A DNA stretch of 57,385 bases, counting the filler, from Sluysia triapertura (lineage: Eukaryota): NCBI GenBank assembly GCA_046118255.1. It is 4 parts of 4 records of this genome, joined end to end, with 100 filler letters (N's around TTAATTAATTAA, not from the genome) between each part and the next. Parts side by side here need not be neighbours in the genome. Positions count along the whole stretch, not along the records: positions 46,497 to 57,385 come from JBJNIA010191974.1; 3 more parts are not named here. One strand, written 5' to 3'. Below the pieces are notes generated by a model. The model made no database searches. It had not been told where the DNA came from and saw only the letters and a list, made by a program, of their open reading frames with translations. The translations under genes and the position numbers were made by a program. Of the stretch, positions 51,781 to 57,385 are shown in pieces. Numbering within the stretch: the first letter of the stretch is position 1; every line of letters starts with the position of its first letter.

Positions 51781-54700
51781 AACACTTACTACAAGAAGTA
51801 AACGACATCACATCTAATATAAAATCATAGTTGCAAATAAAGGTACAATAAGTACAAAATGATACATTTAAGAAGTTATTATATTTGAAATCATATATCA
51901 CAGTTTCATTAGTCATTTTTTGTTTGTTAAGGAACAAAAAGTTTTTACAATTTTCTCCTTTCAATTTACAACTTGTAGCTAATGAACAATTTGTTAATGG
52001 ACAATAGATGCCTAACTGCATTTGACTATCTTTTTTTGGGAATAGTGGATAATATTCCGGTCGCTTAAGAGTGCATTTTACTGAACACAAAATACTTTAA
52101 TATATTTAAGTATGTTTGTAGTTTTAATTTAATTTCAAAATTGTTGGATTAAATTATTAATCGTTCGTACCTTTGAAAAGCATTAAATTTATTTTATAAC
52201 AGACTTAAACTGATTTGATTCATAATCGATTTTCATTACATTATTCAGTTTTATTTGAATGAAGATAAACGAATGTTTTCTTTCATATTTTTTCATTGCT
52301 ACATTAAAAATCAACACTATTTTTCTTTACATTTCCATAAAATTCTTTAATAAAATCAATAAAGCATTGAATTACATCCAATCAGGCTTCACAATTGCGA
52401 AAATTTATGCAAAAATTTGTCTTGTACAAAATCATAAAATTTATTCCATAATGTCTAAGTAGAAGAAAAGCAATGATTTGATTTCTAATTCTAACACATT
52501 TAATCACTATCTTCTAATAACTTGAATTTCCATATTTAATTTCCAAATTTTTATTTTACCTGTAAAAAGGACATATAATTAAGTATTTACTAAGACATTT
52601 ATTTTAAAGTCATATCTAAAATGTTAATGAGTTACATGTAACATTTAATAATTTAATGTATAAAATTTATTATATTTAACTATTGTTTAACAGATTTGCA
52701 ATTATTTTTTATTTTTTGTAATAAATATCAAATTTTATTTTTTGCATTTTATTTTAATTTATTAATATTTCCTAAATTTTCGAAACTATAATGAAAACAT
52801 GCAAGGAAGGTTTTACAGTTTTAGCAAACAGATGTAATACTGGAAGGAAGTTGTGTCCTGTTAACGTAATGGAAAGTAATGCTCGACAGAACATGAAAGT
52901 TATACTGAGAGATTCTGCATTTTCGGTAATTCAGTGATATTATGACATGGCTTTCAGTTTTATGACCTATCACGAAGATGTTAACGATGTGAACTCCAAG
53001 TCAACTCGTAATGGTCACAAACAAACACCAACACAAATCGACACATCTTACATAACAAATTACTAAACATAGCCATAATTTATAATTACCATAGTTTTAC
53101 AATTATTGTTGTTACAATGTTTCATTTGTTTTTTTCTGTATGTATGTTAATATTTATTTTTGTCTTACTTGTGTTATTTTTTCTTTATATTTTTTTACTG
53201 TTACTCTTGATATTATTACTACAAAAATGAAAGATGAATTTCCTAATTATATTGCTAACACTTTTACTGTCCTTCCATCACCTAAGGTATCATATGATTT
53301 TGCTGAACTTTATAATGCTGTACTATCTCTTCATTTAATCTCGATTATTCGGATGAAACTATTATTTTAGACGGCGAAGCTTTATATAACATTTGTCATA
53401 AAACATTAAAACTTTAATGATTTAATATCAATAATATACATGAAACCCAGTACTTTGGTAGCATTATACTTTTTAATTATGATTGTATTAGGCTTACATA
53501 AAATGCTTAGTTCCAAAGTGAAGGTCATTATTTATTTTGGTTGAAATATTCAAAGTATTCACATGAATTTAATAAAAATACGTATTTTCATAGAATTGCC
53601 ATTATTTAGTTTATCATAAATTAGTGTTTTATGGTTGATATGAAACTAAATGAAACTAATAGAAATGAAACTAAGTATATTATTAATACAAAATACAATG
53701 ACTTAGTAATAATTAGTAAAGTAAATAAAACTAACAAATACAAATACACACTTGTTATATTTTTATTTTGGTTTCTGAAATTTATTCTTTTATAATTTAT
53801 TAATAGTGCTACAATAATTTCTAATGAAATAATTAAGAAATAAGTTTTAAATAATATGAGATATATAATCAAATTTTTCTGCATATAATAATTAAATTGA
53901 AGTGCAAAAATTTTTAAATGTTGCGGATATACTAAGAACTACAGTGAACTTTCATTCTTGATCAAAAAATATAAATGACCCATACTCAGAAAACATTGTT
54001 AATTCCAAGAGTCAATGTCAAGTTCAAAATTCTTATTGTGATTTATGTGTATAAGTCGCTAAGAATTCATTTAAATTAATTCAGGAAGAAGCATTTGTAA
54101 TAATAATTATTGTAGCGATTGTATTAAGTTATCTATGTTTTTAAATATGTTTTGCAAGCACAACTATCTCAAAGTTGTCATACACCAATGGCTACTGTGT
54201 ATGTTATGTTACGGAAAATCCTATCGTAATCAATCTACCCAAACAACTATTTTATAAGAAATGTTAGATTAATTAAGACACTGTTTAAAAAGAAATCGCA
54301 TTAATTCAAATGATTATGAGATATTTAAATTGTTTTGTTAAAATATATTTTGTTTTATATTAAAAAATTAATAAAAATATTATAAAGAAGCAACAAAATT
54401 AATCAATATTTATTGTATGCTAAAATGTTTTAATAATTCAACATTAAAATCTTATACGAAAAAAAGAGAAAACCTTCGCCATCAAATATAATGTACTTCT
54501 CTACATAATCCTCTTTAGTTTGTTCTTGGATGTGTTAATGGAAAACGTTATTTACTTCAATTGAAAAATGCTGTAATTGTATTATATGGGAATCTGTACC
54601 TCATAATACAGTTTTAAGTAGTTTCTCTTTGATAGAGTTATTTGATAAAATTATGGATAATTTTTGAAATGTCGAAATTTATTTGACATTTTTTGGCTGA

Positions 54701-55838
54701 CTTTAAATATAAAAGTACATCGTTTACTATATGCCATTGTAAGATTTCATTATAATAAAAAGAATAAATATATCTGAACGCTTAGTAAAAATGTTGCCAG
54801 ATTTAATTCGTATAAATAAAGCGATACATACAATGTAATAAATGCTGAATACGCAGAAAGATTCTTTCGCCACAACCAATATTTAAAAGGAAACCGATGC
54901 ATTTAAAAACAAGTAATCATTCTAAGCATAAATATGTACCAAAGATAGATTTGATAATATTTTAAATTTAAAGAATTCGAACGAAGGAAAATTGAAATAT
55001 AAGAAACAAAATAATTCAGTTAGTAATGCTTTACTGAGTCGTAGCAATGTATTGTTACAATATTGTTTGGTTAATTTTTGTATGTTTGCATTTTATTTGT
55101 TAAATTATTTGATATAAAATTGCTACTCATTTTAATGATTTTGTTTGAATTTAATTTTATGAATTTTATCAAAGGCCTTAAGCCTAAAAATATTGTTAAC
55201 ATAGTTAAAGTTAAATTAAATGTTATTTATGTTATAAGAAAAATTATAAAATTTTCTAAATGTAATGTTTTTAGGTTACTAATCAAAAACAAAAATATTT
55301 CACTTTAAAATATATGTCAAGCACTCCACTCTAACTTTAAATTACTTTTAGCGTCGAATTAAATAAAAAAGCAAAACTAATTTTATGTAACCCCAGGTAT
55401 AACAAAAAACAATATTTTGTAACGTAATTTGTGCAATATATCCGAGACAATACATTCATTATTTGGTGAACCAGAAATATGTTTTGAAAAGATCCAATTT
55501 TTGGGGATTGTGATTAGTTCTAACTTTTAAAACTATTATTAAATTAACAAATTTATGAAATTTATGTGGTAATATCTTGCTAATAGAAATTGTTTACAAA
55601 TACTTTGATATGCTACGATCATCTCTTCATTTGAACTTATTAAATAAAAATGCTAAAATGTAATCATCATGAACATGAATTAATAACTGTAAAATAAAAA
55701 TAAATTTACTTTAGGAAAATTTTTGTTGTCAAAGCATTGCTGTGTTGTTAAGTTAATTTCGGATTCATCAATTTGTGAGCACAAACGATTGATTTATTTG
55801 ATACCAAGAATTGATACTAATTCATATAATCCATGAGC

Positions 55839-56579
55839 TTAAGGACAAAATTTTCTATTCTTGATGCATTGGCCTGTTATCGAAGTTTCGTACATACATA
55901 ATGCAGATTTAAAAAGACGTGATTTATCATCGTCTTCTTTTTCATTAAACTTTCCGCGAGAATAATTATGACTGTATAGGTTCAAAAAATAACTTGCATG
56001 AATATCATCACTTGCCACACTACCCACAGTAGCGATAAAACTTGATTATTACTAATTGGTCCAATAGAAATATTAGGCTTTTGCATTACCGTTGAAATTG
56101 ACTGGCTAGTTCGTGCTACGTTTAGAGTGTTATTTGAACTAGAACCGCTGCGTTGCTAATATCAGCATAAGTTATTCGTAACAAACTACATTGGCATAAT
56201 GAATATTGTATATGTTGCTCCATTGAGCGGCATTTATTTTCTAAATTAGCATTTTTATTTCTTTTACTTAACTCATCTAGATATTCAACAGCATTTTGTA
56301 ACATAATTGAAGGTGATACCTCATTATCTCTCGAAGATGGTTAGCCTCACTTAATTCTGTATAACTACATTTAATACTAACTTTTCGCTTTCTTTCTAAT
56401 TGATTATAATAATTCTTTCTCAATCTAATATCATCTGATAAAACATCATGCATATTCGAACTTGAGTACGCATGAGTTTGACGATGATCATCATCGTCAT
56501 AATAATCTTCATAATCATAATTATCATTAACGTAATCGTCTTCAAAACTGTTTAAATCGTTATATTTCTCGTGAGACAT
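55839..56579 (-). pseudogene. intronless Max-like bHLH-ZIP copy with frameshifts
   Basis: RKNYYNQLERKRKVSIKCSYTELSEA / PSSRDNEVSPSIMLQNAVEYLDELSKRN matches Max [24 protein letters not shown]...ILDKATEYI. There is a 1-bp loss at ~56341 and further shifts downstream. Confidence 0.75.
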
Positions 56580-57061
56580 TTAGAATATCAGAGCTTGTTT
56601 TGTAATGCATTTTTAATTTAAAATTCCATAAATTTTAATAATCACGTTGTGAAAAATTTTTGGTAATTTGTTAAAAAGTTTTTCCCATCAAACTAAAAAA
56701 TTAACTCTGAGTATATTGAGAATCAAATTATTAATTTATAAATGTAATAAAATTATTAGACAATTTAATAATGTTGAGTCACCACAACATCATGCTTTTT
56801 TGCTTGTAAACATAATATCCCATTTAAATTAATTTCGAAATCAGAAGTCTCACTCTATTTGAGTAAAACGTGTCGGTTAATACAATACAATAGAATGTCA
56901 AATAATTTAAAATGATACTCTGTGTAAGCAAAAAAGTTCTGTTCAACTTCAAACAAGATATAAAATATTACCTTGTAAGTTATTTAAAAAAGCTTGCTAA
57001 TAAATCATTATGATGAATAAATATTTAATAAACATATTAACAATATTTTAGTAAAATTAAC

Positions 57062-57289
57062 TTTTTCTAATATAAATAATCATTTTACGAGTAACTCCTT
57101 TACAACTACATGATATTTCGTATGTTCCATTATGTTTTACTGGAGGTATAATATTAGTAAAGTTTCTACTTTCTATTTTACATATTTCGACCTTTACACG
57201 ACCATAAGTGGCAAAATCAAAATATGGATATATAAATTCAGTCATGTAATAACTACTTTTTATAGGGTTAATATAAAGTCTGAAATTTC
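57062..57289 (-). CDS. Ig-like module exon, symmetric phase 1-1 (228 nt)
   Basis: tttag|NFRLYINPIKSSYYMTEFIYPYF..ICKIESRNFTN..HNGTYEISC..IYIRK|gt; paralog of 46497-46695 with the acceptor at the same position. Confidence 0.65.
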
Positions 57290-57310
57290 CTAAATGATTA
57301 TAATAATTAA

Positions 57311-57344
57311 TAATAATAATAATAATAACAACAACAACAACAAC

Positions 57345-57385
<41 letters not shown>
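57311..57385. repeat. (AAT)n/(AAC)n microsatellite
   Basis: Direct reading. Confidence 0.95.

Overview
This is a very AT-rich eukaryotic, almost certainly animal, genomic window with short GT-AG introns (41-45 bp). It consists of four contigs joined by artificial 100-bp N-TTAATTAATTAA-N spacers. Host genes recognisable by eye are: seven exons of a TRPM-type channel N-terminus, the 3' part of a CAP/SCP gene, a divergent Hedgehog-signalling-domain (Hedge) gene, two paralogous phase-1 Ig-like exons, and a frameshifted intronless Max-like bHLH-ZIP copy. The rest is a transposon graveyard (Tc1/mariner, piggyBac-like MITE, MULE, gypsy gag-protease, CR1/L2-like LINE ends, RLE non-LTR elements) plus (AAT)n microsatellites. 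Four things stand out. (1) A multi-copy ~155-bp TG...CA element carries an internal tRNA-like Pol III cassette; one copy is followed by a tRNA-Trp-type primer-binding site and another has a 4-bp TSD, so it looks like a tRNA-bearing LTR. (2) A stop-free frame of more than 460 codons fuses a degenerate lysyl-tRNA synthetase to a decayed non-LTR reverse transcriptase. (3) Three different RLE retrotransposons appear nested on the same strand. (4) The Hedge-domain protein is atypical. All protein assignments are by-eye motif recognition, not database searches, and the organism is not identified.
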